Part shown: positions 53,134 to 63,675 of the stretch, in pieces
How positions within the stretch are numbered: the stretch's first letter is position 1
How the letters are laid out: each line of letters starts with the position of its first letter
Assembly (NCBI GenBank): GCA_965197745.1
Contig: CBDANS010000004.1
Span: forward strand, 1-64,000
Source of the DNA: Opitutales bacterium
Lineage (GTDB): Bacteria > Verrucomicrobiota > Verrucomicrobiia > Opitutales > PNEW01
Direction of reading: 5' to 3'
DNA: 64,000 nt
Program-made: the position numbers and the translations under genes
Notes under the pieces: generated by a model
Database searches by the model: none
The model's input: the letters and a program-made list of their open reading frames with translations, nothing else
Told to the model about the DNA's origin: nothing

Positions 53134-53610
53134 ATGAGTTTTCTTATAGATGAATGGTCGCCATCTCATCTGCGTTGGAAAGAATTAGTGCAAGCCATAG
53201 CAGATGAAAATCAATTCAGTTGGGCTTTTGATTCTTTCTTTGAACAGTTTTCTCGGTATTTCTTTGTAGCGTTAAATAAAGAGAAAATTGTTGGGTTTCT
53301 CATGTTCGTGGTGTGGGATATTGGTCCTAATGATCGTGAACATAAACCAGTGAAATTCAATGGGAGAACACTAACAGAAGCCAAAATTATCGCGTTTGGC
53401 GTAAAAAATACTCACCGACGACTAGGTATAGGTCGATCATTACAGGAGCGAGCAATAAAACGTGCGAAGAAGCTTGGCTGTTATCAGGTGCGTTCAGTTA
53501 GTGGTGATGAATCTCATGAAAATCAGCAATTAAAGCTTTCGATGAGTTTTGCAGTTGAACCTATGGAACGCGAGAAGCCGTATTTGGCATTTATCTTGCC
53601 TTTACATTAA
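53134..53610 (+). CDS. GNAT acetyltransferase
   Basis: FGVKNTHRRLGIG motif A. Confidence 0.85.
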   Translation: MSFLIDEWSPSHLRWKELVQAIADENQFSWAFDSFFEQFSRYFFVALNKEKIVGFLMFVVWDIGPNDREHKPVKFNGRTLTEAKIIAFGVKNTHRRLGIGRSLQERAIKRAKKLGCYQVRSVSGDESHENQQLKLSMSFAVEPMEREKPYLAFILPLH

Positions 53611-53661
53611 TCCTTGGTATGGTCAGTACCTGATTACAATCGTTTGTTAGACCTGTAAATT

Positions 53662-54357
53662 ATGAATATTCACCTGCCTGTTCGATTCACAGGAGACCGA
53701 TCCCGAGAATATGATTATACAACTCTGACATTGGTTCCACAGAAGGCAGCTTTATTGCTTATTGATTGTGATGGCGATTGCGGACCCGATTGTAACCCTG
53801 TGATTGAATCAACCATTTCTCCAGCATTGTCTGCCTGCCGTGCGATCGGTATAAGGCCCGTATATTTGTACAATGTAGCTTGGCCGAAATACTCTCAAGA
53901 TATGTTCTGCGAGATTCATCACACGCGCCGTGGTAAAACAATCGAACCCAGCATTTCCAATCCTGTTTCACCTAGTTGGGCTAAAAGTATCAAGCCGCAT
54001 CAAGGAGATCTGATCATAGGCAAGCCAGGCCAGAGCGCTTTCATTGGCTCCAGCCTCGATAAGTCTCTGAAGGCCTGCGACATCGATACCCTTATTGCCG
54101 TGGGTTTCAGTTTTAAGTCCTGTCTTTTTCATACCCTATTCAATGCATTCCAGTACAACTACAGGGTCGTCTTCCTTCGAGATGGAACTGACCCGCAAGG
54201 AACGAATGAGTTTCCAAATACTAAAGATGAGGCATTACCTGAAAAGGGATGGGTACGTATGGTTCTGACTCGGTTCATTGAAGACCATTTAGGATATAGC
54301 TCGACCTGTAAAGAAATAGTTAGGGAATGTAATAAGGTGATTAAACTTCAGCAATAA
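53662..54357 (+). CDS. Isochorismatase/cysteine hydrolase family protein
   Basis: ALLLID, K...SAF, G.SFKSC, YRVVFLRD. Confidence 0.85.
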   Translation: MNIHLPVRFTGDRSREYDYTTLTLVPQKAALLLIDCDGDCGPDCNPVIESTISPALSACRAIGIRPVYLYNVAWPKYSQDMFCEIHHTRRGKTIEPSISNPVSPSWAKSIKPHQGDLIIGKPGQSAFIGSSLDKSLKACDIDTLIAVGFSFKSCLFHTLFNAFQYNYRVVFLRDGTDPQGTNEFPNTKDEALPEKGWVRMVLTRFIEDHLGYSSTCKEIVRECNKVIKLQQ

Positions 54358-54790
54358 TATGCGACATATACTGGATTATGAAGATTACTCTTAGTTGATC
54401 GCGTGAATCTCAATAGAATGCATCTCCAAAGCATTGATATTAAAGCTAACTATGTTCAGTCCAATAACTGCAAAAGGAATCTGGATTTTCATGACAGTAA
54501 AAGTCCGGAAAATTAGAGTTTAGCATATTTCTTCGAAAAAATAAGCTAATATAGTTTTATCAAATAAACCGATTCGTCACTGTTGTTCATGATCGACATT
54601 GCCTTTCATCAAAAAATAAAAGGTTGGGAAATAATGAAATGAAGGACCATATTGATACATCTAATCCTAGACATGCAATTCAGTTTGCGGGAGAGAATTC
54701 ATATCATGGGAAATGAATATTAGGCGGTATGTTATTTGGAGAAGAATCACAATATCTAGTCTAGTTATAAATTCGAGTTAACGATGCCTC

Positions 54791-54997
54791 TGGAGTGACC
54801 CCAAAAAATCGTATCATTTACAGAGAGAGGTTATCGGGATAAACGGATAACCTCAATGAAAAGAAAAAGATACACAACAGAACAGATCATAGCAATACTC
54901 CGGCAAGCCGATACCTGTAAAACAGTACAGGAGATCTGCCGTGGAAACACCCTAAGTGAACAGACCTTCTATCGCTGGGGGAAAAAAGTATGGCAAT
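54791..54997 (+). mobile_element. IS3-family left end with partial orfA
   Basis: Matches 63066-63270. Confidence 0.85.
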
Positions 54998-55237
54998 TAG
55001 GGGTTACCTATAAGTGTGCTTAGAGGATGGGTAAACAAATACGGAAGCTATTTAATGATAATATTGATTTTCTTAATAATGTAGTTGAACTTAATGAAAC
55101 ATATTTTTGAGCCAAAGAAGCAGCAAACATTAGCATAAAAGGACCCGGTATACACATGGCAGATCAACCAAAACCTTTACCACTAGCAGACCTAACACTG
55201 GCTCTGGTACAGTATAAGGGAGCAGGTCACTATTAGC

Positions 55238-56077
55238 CTACGAATTACCAAAATATTCAGACCCCTCCCACTGCATTACTTCTTTCCAGATAGAAATATA
55301 TTCAGTAATCTTTGAGTTATAAAGGGATTGCTCTGGAAAGAGCTTAGTGAAATCTCCTAGAGCAATTGCAGAGAAGCCAGATGCAATGTTAGCAATGTGG
55401 CCGAATAAAAACTTTCCTTCGTTTTTATTTATTTTCATTGAGTCTAATTGAGAAATTGAAAGTGGTGAAGTGTGTGCAAAACTTGAGAGATACTTAAAGA
55501 TTGATCGGTAATAACTTTCATTGATTCCTGCTTTTATGCATATCTCTATATTTCCATCCAATTTGCTTACATCTTTATTTAATAGTTCTTTTTGTCGTCC
55601 TGGTTTAAGTTTCTGGAACCAAGCTTGGGTTACTAATTTATTTTTATGACGCTCTTTGTCATCATATATTTCACCGATATATTTCGAATGGGGTAAAGCT
55701 GTCTTAAGCATTTTGAGTCTCTCATTTTTCTCATGGTATAGCCAAAGAAGTTTTCTCTTCTCTTTTTCTTCATTACTTACATCTTCTACGGATATGTAAA
55801 ACAAACAGAAATATGCTTCAATAATACTTCTTGTAATCGATGCTGGTGATGATAAGTCCCAGACTTCGAATTCACCAATTGGACCATAGTATTTACTTTT
55901 AGGTATAAATCGCAGAACACTCAGATAACTGATCACTATTTTTGCATATATTATCGATGCTTCAATATTATGCCAAGAATCTGTTTCAATTCCTGCTGTC
56001 TGCTTCGATAATGCAATCGACGCATCACAGATTGAGTCTGCAACATCAATAGTAAGTATCTTTGATTCATCTTTCAT
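55238..56077 (-). CDS. DUF5677-like (possibly HEPN-related) protein
   Basis: RSIIEAY...Y...YLSSFAHTSP motifs. Confidence 0.6.
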   Translation of the reverse strand: MKDESKILTIDVADSICDASIALSKQTAGIETDSWHNIEASIIYAKIVISYLSVLRFIPKSKYYGPIGEFEVWDLSSPASITRSIIEAYFCLFYISVEDVSNEEKEKRKLLWLYHEKNERLKMLKTALPHSKYIGEIYDDKERHKNKLVTQAWFQKLKPGRQKELLNKDVSKLDGNIEICIKAGINESYYRSIFKYLSSFAHTSPLSISQLDSMKINKNEGKFLFGHIANIASGFSAIALGDFTKLFPEQSLYNSKITEYISIWKEVMQWEGSEYFGNS

Positions 56078-56852
56078 TTCCTAACTTCAGAATTGGAAAG
56101 GAAACTGACAAACTCTAGTGGGCTTTTAAAGCTTAAACGACTGTGGGGATGTTCATCATTGTAGGTCTGACGCTATTGTTCGATTACCACGCGGGATTCA
56201 GTCAAGGTGTATATCAACTCACGCTTAAAGCATTCACACCGTAAGCGACTGTTGAAGCTTTCTGCGGATCCGTTGTGCCTGGGACAGTCATAGTCGATAT
56301 AATTCATGCCAACAAGGTGCTCTCGCAGGTACTGCTGGATGGCTTGAGGTAACACTAAAGAACATAGCAAAGAGTTTAGGTATTAGCCATACAACGATCA
56401 TGAATTTGCGTAATGAAATGGAAAAAGAAAGGGGGGTAAACTTTAACAGCTCTTTTGGACGTAAGATCACTATAAAACACATTAAACGATAAGCACCTAG
56501 TAGACTTAGGGAGTGGTCGTGACCACCCCTATAAGCTCCCAAATTTATTGAATCATGTAATTTTAAAAGATGAGATAATTTGCCTGATATAAAGCGTCCT
56601 GGTTGGTTATTTCGCCAACTTTACGAAGTCCATAACATTGGAGGAGTCTCTTGCCTGAACTGATATTTTCTGGCGAAAATTCATTTTGCCCATGGTGTAT
56701 GAGCGTAAACTCCAATGCTTAAATCAAGAATGGTTCGCGTAATCGACGCGTAAGTACAAAAATTTCATATCCAACATTCTCATCGTCGTTTAGGCTTCCT
56801 CTCTCCCTTTGCTTTTGCCAAACTTTGGGAGAAACTCACCTCAACAACCTAT

Positions 56853-58325
56853 ATGCCTAGCAGCAATTCCATGAAAACATCAGGTTATCTCATCTACAGG
56901 TTACTATTTGTCTTTTTGGCTCTAGCGACAGGTTCCATTTTCGGAAAAAGCGAGCAAGTCACTGTTCCTGGGTCTACGGTCAACTTACAGGATCCTAAAA
57001 CCCATGAAGAAAAAAACAAAGCCACCCGTTTAATGTCACGACCAGATGTCCTAAATCCAAATCATAGAGTAACGAAAAAAGGGCTTCTTTTGTTTCAGAA
57101 AATTAAACAGGATTATGCTTTAGTTCAGGATCCCGGGATAAACGCGAAAGTAAATAAAATTGGAGAACGCATTGTTGAGGGGGCTGGCCTTCGGTATCCT
57201 GGAATTGATTGGGAATTTATTGTCATCGATTCGCCGGACGAAGTCCAAGCTGTAGCTTTGCCTGGAGGGAAAGTAGCGGTGTTTAGTGGTCTGTTGGATC
57301 ATTTAGGAAGTGATGATGATATTGCAGTTGTCGTTGGCCATGAAATTGCTCACCTTGCCAGCAATCATCAGATTGAGGATAAGAATCGGGCTTTTTGGGG
57401 TACTCTAGCGAATGTTGCGGTAATCGCCCTTGAGCTTTCCGGAGAAATAGAAAGCCCCTTCTATAATAAATCGTTAACCGAACTTTCTTTGGATGTAACC
57501 GGAGACATTCTTCGCGGATACAGCCGTCGAAGTGAACGCGAAGCTGATTTCGTGGGGCTATTCTTTGCCGCGCTTGCTGGTTTTGATCCCACTGCAGGGG
57601 GCTCGGTCTGGAAACGGATAAATGCGATGGGTTCGGCTAATCAGCGCCCCGCCTACTATAGTACACACCCTCCTGAGGAACTGCGATTGATCTTAATGCG
57701 TGAATACGAACCCTCAGCGATGGCAGTTTATTATCAGGCGCTCAGCGGATCGGTAGATTTTCCTGTCGGTGATCTGGAATCGATGTTTCGAACTTTTTCA
57801 CCCCAAGTGGATGGATCGATCAAAAGCAAAATGCTTGATTTTAGTTCATTTCGAGCTCGCAAACAAAGGGCTGCAAGTTATTTGCCGGTTCAGTTTGCAG
57901 ATAACCGTCCGTTACTAAGCGTCGGGTCAAATCGACTTGGCCTTGAGAATGCGTTGGGTGTTCCCACTCGTGTTTATCTTTCTTCCGAGGATATTCTGGA
58001 AATCATCTTCGAAGCTGTGAGTGAAGAAGCATCCACTTTTTTCAACCCCAAGGACGACTATACGGTCTCCGGATCACTAAACGATTTTCATTTCGAAATG
58101 GGATTCTCTCCGGTTGCCATGAAATATTTAGGCTTCATTGAAGTCGACCTAGAAATTAAAAAACCAGATGGTTCACCCATTCTGGAAAAAAAATACATAA
58201 GCAAACAATCACGGTCTGATTATACGGGGCTCGTTGGTGGGAAGGTGGTTCGGAAGTTGTTTGGAGACTGTGTGAAGGATATAAGGGAGCAGTTTAGACG
58301 CGATCTAATAAAGCATCAATTTTGA
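56853..58325 (+). CDS. M48 family zinc metallopeptidase with an extra C-terminal domain
   Basis: ALPGGKV, GHEIAH, YSRRSEREAD, STHP. Confidence 0.9.
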   Translation: MPSSNSMKTSGYLIYRLLFVFLALATGSIFGKSEQVTVPGSTVNLQDPKTHEEKNKATRLMSRPDVLNPNHRVTKKGLLLFQKIKQDYALVQDPGINAKVNKIGERIVEGAGLRYPGIDWEFIVIDSPDEVQAVALPGGKVAVFSGLLDHLGSDDDIAVVVGHEIAHLASNHQIEDKNRAFWGTLANVAVIALELSGEIESPFYNKSLTELSLDVTGDILRGYSRRSEREADFVGLFFAALAGFDPTAGGSVWKRINAMGSANQRPAYYSTHPPEELRLILMREYEPSAMAVYYQALSGSVDFPVGDLESMFRTFSPQVDGSIKSKMLDFSSFRARKQRAASYLPVQFADNRPLLSVGSNRLGLENALGVPTRVYLSSEDILEIIFEAVSEEASTFFNPKDDYTVSGSLNDFHFEMGFSPVAMKYLGFIEVDLEIKKPDGSPILEKKYISKQSRSDYTGLVGGKVVRKLFGDCVKDIREQFRRDLIKHQF

Positions 58326-58569
58326 CCGAGTTGTTTTTTCTATCTCTACTGTAACGTCCAAATCCATAACCGATTTGTATAAAGTCAACAACCCTAGCAT
58401 TGGATTTTATTTACATCCGCACCCAACAATCAGCCGAGAATTCCCTGAGCTTTAGGTAATTTCAGTTTTTCCGCTTTTGAGGTGGTGTACTTACCAACGC
58501 TGCCATGATTTATCCTGTATAAGGGATTAGCTCTGGCGGGTAAGAGAAATTGAGGATGAGTAAGCCGAG

Positions 58570-59910
58570 TGGTCGTGACCACGAAAACTGGTACACTAGA
58601 AAAGTTAGTCTGGGACACCTGGAAAGGACTCAAACAATGAAAGGCAAAAGATATACAACCGAAGAGAAGATACGGATGCTGCGGCAGGCAGACAAAGGGA
58701 AAACGATCCTGGAAGGATGCCGCGAGAACAACATTAGCGAACAGAGCTTCGACCGCTGGAAGCGTGAGTTTGGGATGATTGATGTCGACCAGGCCAAGCG
58801 GATGAAGGAGCTCTTTGAAGGAGAACGCGCGGTTAAAACGGATGCTGGCAGACAAGATGCTGGGGATAGAGATCCTGCAGGAGACCCTCGAAAAAAAATG
58901 GTAGATGTCGCTTACACTCGGTAGTAAGCCCTGGGCACAAGCAGCAAGTCGTAGAGAGACTTGTGGCCCGGTGCCAGTGTTCGATGCGTGCAGCGTGCCG
59001 ATACTTTCACCTGCACCGCTGCACCTATGCGTATCGGTCGAAGTATCCGGATGGCTGGCAAACGAAACTGAAGGTGGCAGTAAGGCGGTTATCACGGCAA
59101 TACGCGAGGTGGGGCTATGCGAAGATCACGAAGCTGTTGAAGGACGAAGGCTGGCAGGTAGGTAAACGGCTCGTGCAAGGTCTGCGACGTGAACTGGGTC
59201 TGGCGATCCCCCCACGCAAGCCAAGGCGTCGGCGCAGGGATGTCTGCACCGGGCTGCCGCCCAAGGCCGAACATCCCAACCAGGTTTGGACCTGGGATTT
59301 TATCCACGATAAGACGGTTCGCGGCGGCAGTCTAAAAATGCTGACCGTGCTCGATGAGTACACCCGCGAGTGTCGGGTGATCCATGTTGATCGCCATATC
59401 AATGCGGAAACGGTACGCGGTATCATGCAAAAACTGCTCGACCGGCATGGGCCGCCAAAATATATTCGTAGCGACAACGGTTCCGTTCCGAGGAGCGAAG
59501 CGACGACATGCGAAGCCATTCATTAAAAAGGAATTGAGAGCCTGGCTAACTGCGATGAAAATCAAAACCCTCTATATCGAACCAGGAAGCCCTTGGCAGA
59601 ACGGATACATCGAATCGTTGCATGCACGTTTTCGCGAGGAGTGTCTAAATCGTGAACAGCTGTGGACTTTGACCGAAGCCCGCGTGGTCATCGAAGATTG
59701 GCGCTGGCTTTACAATCATGTCCGACCCCACCGCAGCCTCGGCAACATCACTCCACGGCACTTCACTGAAAACCTCAATACCGAAGGCTCGGGCTCCATT
59801 CGGGCTACGCCCTCATTGCGCCCAAGCCTTGACTTCCTCTACCAACTTAACTTCAACATTAACCTCTCCAGACTAACTCTCCCTGTGGACCAGTTTGTGT
59901 AACCCGACCA
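58570..59910 (+). mobile_element. IS3-family element, degenerate
   Basis: IRL TGGTCGTGACC, IRR ...AACCCGACCA; extra ~23 nt at the orfA/orfB junction. Confidence 0.93.
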
Positions 59911-60149
59911 ACGGGTTAAAGAATATTCTGGCTTCAGTGTTTTCATATCTTGTGCAACAAGATCAAATAACTCCATAGATTTATGATAAGCTCCAAAAAC
60001 TTTTAATCCACTTTTCATATATCTTCACTCCTCCCTCGACACCTGCCCCTCGACACTCGACTATTTCTTATTTCATCTTTGGTACTATAAACGGAATATT
60101 TTAATATTTATTTATAGCTCAGCGAATGAGATGAATCGTCCTTCAGAAT

Positions 60150-60803
60150 TTACTTTCTCCCAAACAAATTAATCATGTACCCGCTCACAAAAAATGCAAA
60201 CGCCACCAGACTGATCGGTGGCAGCCCGCCATGCCAGCTGGATGGGTTGAGCCAACCTTTGTAGCCCATAAAAAACAAGTGAACTGCACCGAGTATCATC
60301 GCTACTAGGAGGAATTTCCGTGAGGTAATAAATTGGATGAATGCCTTGTCTTCTCTCAGATGGGTTAGAAAACTCAGGTTGTAACCCCAGAGAATGACAA
60401 AGGCTAAAACACCACCGAGCATACTTATGCCTGCCAATAGTGTAAGCGAACCGTCTTGATCAAAAAACTTTCCGTATATTTTTGGATTAAACAGCATGAA
60501 GCTCATTAATGCATGGATGAGCACTAGCAAGAATCCGCTCATACCTAAAGCATTGCGGGCATTGAGCCAGCTTTCAGGAACTTTTAATCCCAGGTTTTTC
60601 AACGGTCCCAAACTGAAATTAAAAGTCAGCAATATAAATGCACTTAGTGAGACCCCTTTATTTAAAATAAAAAAGGGAAAATCTTTCCACGGTACCGGAC
60701 CGACGATGTGGTAGCGAAGTATCGTATATCCAATCGAAAAGATTAGCGTAATCGCAATGATCCGACTTGCCGAGTTTTTATGAATTTCTGAATGATTAAT
60801 CAA
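60150..60803 (-). CDS. Integral membrane protein, ferric-reductase-like TM domain
   Basis: About 6 TM segments; RNALG...LIH and AVH histidines. Confidence 0.6.
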   Translation of the reverse strand: MINHSEIHKNSASRIIAITLIFSIGYTILRYHIVGPVPWKDFPFFILNKGVSLSAFILLTFNFSLGPLKNLGLKVPESWLNARNALGMSGFLLVLIHALMSFMLFNPKIYGKFFDQDGSLTLLAGISMLGGVLAFVILWGYNLSFLTHLREDKAFIQFITSRKFLLVAMILGAVHLFFMGYKGWLNPSSWHGGLPPISLVAFAFFVSGYMINLFGRK

Positions 60804-60978
60804 AATATTATTAAATAAATCTCAATTTATCAAAATACAAATTTCGAATAATAGCCAAACTACAATTTCTAAATAACCAAACTGTTTTCGATTATTATTT
60901 TGTGTAAATTGGTTTTTTGGCTACTGGAATTTATTTGTGGTTTGTAACTTGTTATTTTGTGCTTAAATTCATTTCACC

Positions 60979-61665
60979 TTACTCTGATTTCTTATCGCCT
61001 TTGATGAATGGCACCGCTTCCTGCGGAGTCTCTGCGAAGGAAATAAGATTGAGATCTTCTTCACCGATCGTTCCTTCACGAATCATTGTATTCGTGATAA
61101 ATTCGCTCATTGCGTCCCAGAACTTGCCACCCAGGACGACGAGAGGAAAGGATTCGATCTTCCCGTTCTGTATGAGTGTAAGCGTCTCGAAAACTTCATC
61201 AAGCGTACCAAATCCACCAGGCAGAACGACAAAAGCGGAGGAGAGTTTCACCAGCATCATCTTGCGTACAAAGAAATGTTCAAATTCAACAAACTGATCC
61301 ACATAGGGGTTTGGTTTTTGCTCCCTGGGTAGACTGATATTGCAACCGATTGATCTGCCCCCCTCATCTTTAGCTCCGCGATTGGCTGCTTCCATGATTC
61401 CTGGACCTCCTCCGGTCACCACGGTATAGCCATCGATCGCCAACAGCCTTCCCATCTCGCGAGCCAGTACATAGCTAGGATGATCGTCTGAAAAACGGGC
61501 AGATCCGAATACTGTCACACATTTTCCTAAATCCTTAAGCTCGGCAGCTGCGTGAAGCGTCTCAATGAAAACCCGACCGGCGCTAACCAGTTCTTCGTCG
61601 TAAGATCTAAGGGCACGAAGAAAATTACGCTCTTCGTCGTGTCGTATGTCGATAAATTGGCTCAT
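60979..61665 (-). CDS. LOG family Rossmann-fold nucleotide phosphoribohydrolase (TIGR00730-type)
   Basis: VFGSAR, TGGGPGIMEAANRGA, FFVRK, PGGFGTLDE. Confidence 0.93.
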   Translation of the reverse strand: MSQFIDIRHDEERNFLRALRSYDEELVSAGRVFIETLHAAAELKDLGKCVTVFGSARFSDDHPSYVLAREMGRLLAIDGYTVVTGGGPGIMEAANRGAKDEGGRSIGCNISLPREQKPNPYVDQFVEFEHFFVRKMMLVKLSSAFVVLPGGFGTLDEVFETLTLIQNGKIESFPLVVLGGKFWDAMSEFITNTMIREGTIGEEDLNLISFAETPQEAVPFIKGDKKSE

Positions 61666-61865
61666 GGTGGGACCGGATTGATCGGTAAATTGTCAAAAGA
61701 AAAATCATGAAATTCAAATGACAAAAAGACAAATCACAAATCTCAAATAATATTTAAATTACAAAATCTAAATTACCAAACGGTATTAAATAATAAGGAA
61801 TCAGATATTCTTTTATCCTTTTTGTCGTTTTGGTTTCTCAATCATTAGAATTTATTTGTATTTTG

Positions 61866-62957
61866 TCATTTGTATTTTGGGAAATTTATATTTCCCCGCA
61901 TCTTCTGCGTCACGACACAACGGAAACCCGTGTGATTAGAACTGGATCGTGGGTCTGTAGCCATACGGGCACTCGGCCTGAATCCGGTACAATAATTTTC
62001 GCTGCATAAGAATGATCCGCCTTTAACAATGCGTTTTGGAATACCGGGTTCATTAGGATCAAGGCTATGTTCTTTAATAACTCCTGTAGGGTTTTCTTTA
62101 GAGCTGACTTCATAATACCGGGGATGATACCAATCTGATACCCATTCCCAGACATTGCCGGCCATGTCATAAAGACCGTATCCGTTGGGTGGATAACTGC
62201 CAACAGGTGATGTAATACTATGGCCATCGTTGCCACTGTTTTCGTAAGGGAAATTCCCTTCCCAATAATTCATCACTTTATTCTCAAGATGCTCGGGTTG
62301 ATCTCCCCATGTGTATACCTTATTATCCAAGCGACCACGTGCTGCGTACTCCCATTGTGCTTCGGTAGGCATCTCCTTACCTGCCCATTTGCAATAAGCC
62401 ATTGCGTCATCATAGGTCACATGTACCACGGGATGATTCATTCTCTCTTCGATACTGCTTTCCAGTCCTTCGGGATGTCGCCAATTTGCACCTGGTTTAT
62501 ATTCCCACCAGTTATATAAATTTCTCATGTCAACTTTGCCGGTGGGTTGTTTAAAAACAATCGATGCGGGAATAAGCATCTCAGGTAGTGCACCCGGCCA
62601 ATCTTCCGCTTTGGGCTTTTGTTCTGAATAGGTAATGTAACCTGTCTCTTCCACAAACTTCGCGTATTGTTCGTTTATCACGGGAGTCATATCTATCCAG
62701 AATCCATCGAGCTTCACCTCATGAACAGGGCTCTCATTGTTATAGCCGCCATGCGGCATTACCTTATTCCCTGTGTCATCTCCCATCATAAAAGCGCCAC
62801 CTGGAATCCATAACATACCTGCAGGGCTTTGAATGTTTTGCGGATGGTCGACCGTTTTAGCTGAAGATTTTTTTATATCCTCACCTCCAGTATGCAGTAC
62901 AGAAAGCAGCAAAGTTAAAAACCCAAAAGTAAAATAAGAATAAGGATTATATTTCAA
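61866..62957 (-). CDS. Formylglycine-generating enzyme (SUMF1) family protein
   Basis: HPVVHV, PTEAQWEYAARG, GLYDMAGNVWEW, KGGSFLCSENYC, GFRC. Confidence 0.93.
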   Translation of the reverse strand: MKYNPYSYFTFGFLTLLLSVLHTGGEDIKKSSAKTVDHPQNIQSPAGMLWIPGGAFMMGDDTGNKVMPHGGYNNESPVHEVKLDGFWIDMTPVINEQYAKFVEETGYITYSEQKPKAEDWPGALPEMLIPASIVFKQPTGKVDMRNLYNWWEYKPGANWRHPEGLESSIEERMNHPVVHVTYDDAMAYCKWAGKEMPTEAQWEYAARGRLDNKVYTWGDQPEHLENKVMNYWEGNFPYENSGNDGHSITSPVGSYPPNGYGLYDMAGNVWEWVSDWYHPRYYEVSSKENPTGVIKEHSLDPNEPGIPKRIVKGGSFLCSENYCTGFRPSARMATDPRSSSNHTGFRCVVTQKMRGNINFPKYK

Positions 62958-63065
62958 AATGTCTGACTATGAAACCTAACGGAAAAGGGTAAGCAAAGTT
63001 GAGAGTTAAGTGTTATGAGTCAAAGAAAAACAATTGAATTACAGTTATCAGTAATCAGACGTCAC

Positions 63066-63637
63066 TGATGTGCCCCCAAAAATCGTATCATTTACAGAGA
63101 GAGGTTATCGGGATAAACAGATAACCTCAATGAAAAGAAAAAGATACACAACAGAACAGATTATAGGAATACTTCGGCAGGCCGACACCGGTAAAACGGT
63201 AGAGGAAATCTGCCGTGGTAACAACCTAAACGAACAAACCTTCTATCGCTGGGGTAAAAAGTATGGCAACTTGGAGCTGGCCGATGCGAAGCAATTTAAA
63301 GAGCTGGAAAAAGAAAACACCGAACTGAAGAAGCTGTTGCTGATCAAATGCTCAAGAATCAGGTGATGGAGGAAATGTTGTCAAAAAAGGGGTGAGCCCA
63401 AAGCGGAAGAAGCGACACCTCAACGAGTGAAAGCGAGAATAACAAACGGCTCCATCGAGTCGTTTAGGCTTTAAAAGCCCACTAGAGTTTGTCACATTCC
63501 TTTCAGATCTTGGCCGCGTTCGGGCGTTACCCTCACTTCGCCAAGATCTCTCATATACATCAATTCTAAAACCATTAATCATTAATACCCGGTAACTCTC
63601 TCACTTAAGAATTGGCACGAAAAATGGGGTCCGATCA
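63066..63637 (+). mobile_element. Internally deleted IS3-family derivative
   Basis: IRL TGATGTGCCCCC..., orfA, IRR ...GGGGTCCGATCA; orfB mostly missing. Confidence 0.85.
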
Positions 63638-63675
63638 GTGCAGATGGGGTGGTGAGGGATAATATATGAATAGTA

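Noticed and set aside
61866..62957. Diversity-generating retroelement target (FGE/CLec fold)
   Set aside because: No reverse transcriptase or template repeat was seen, and the catalytic CxxxxC of a normal FGE is retained.
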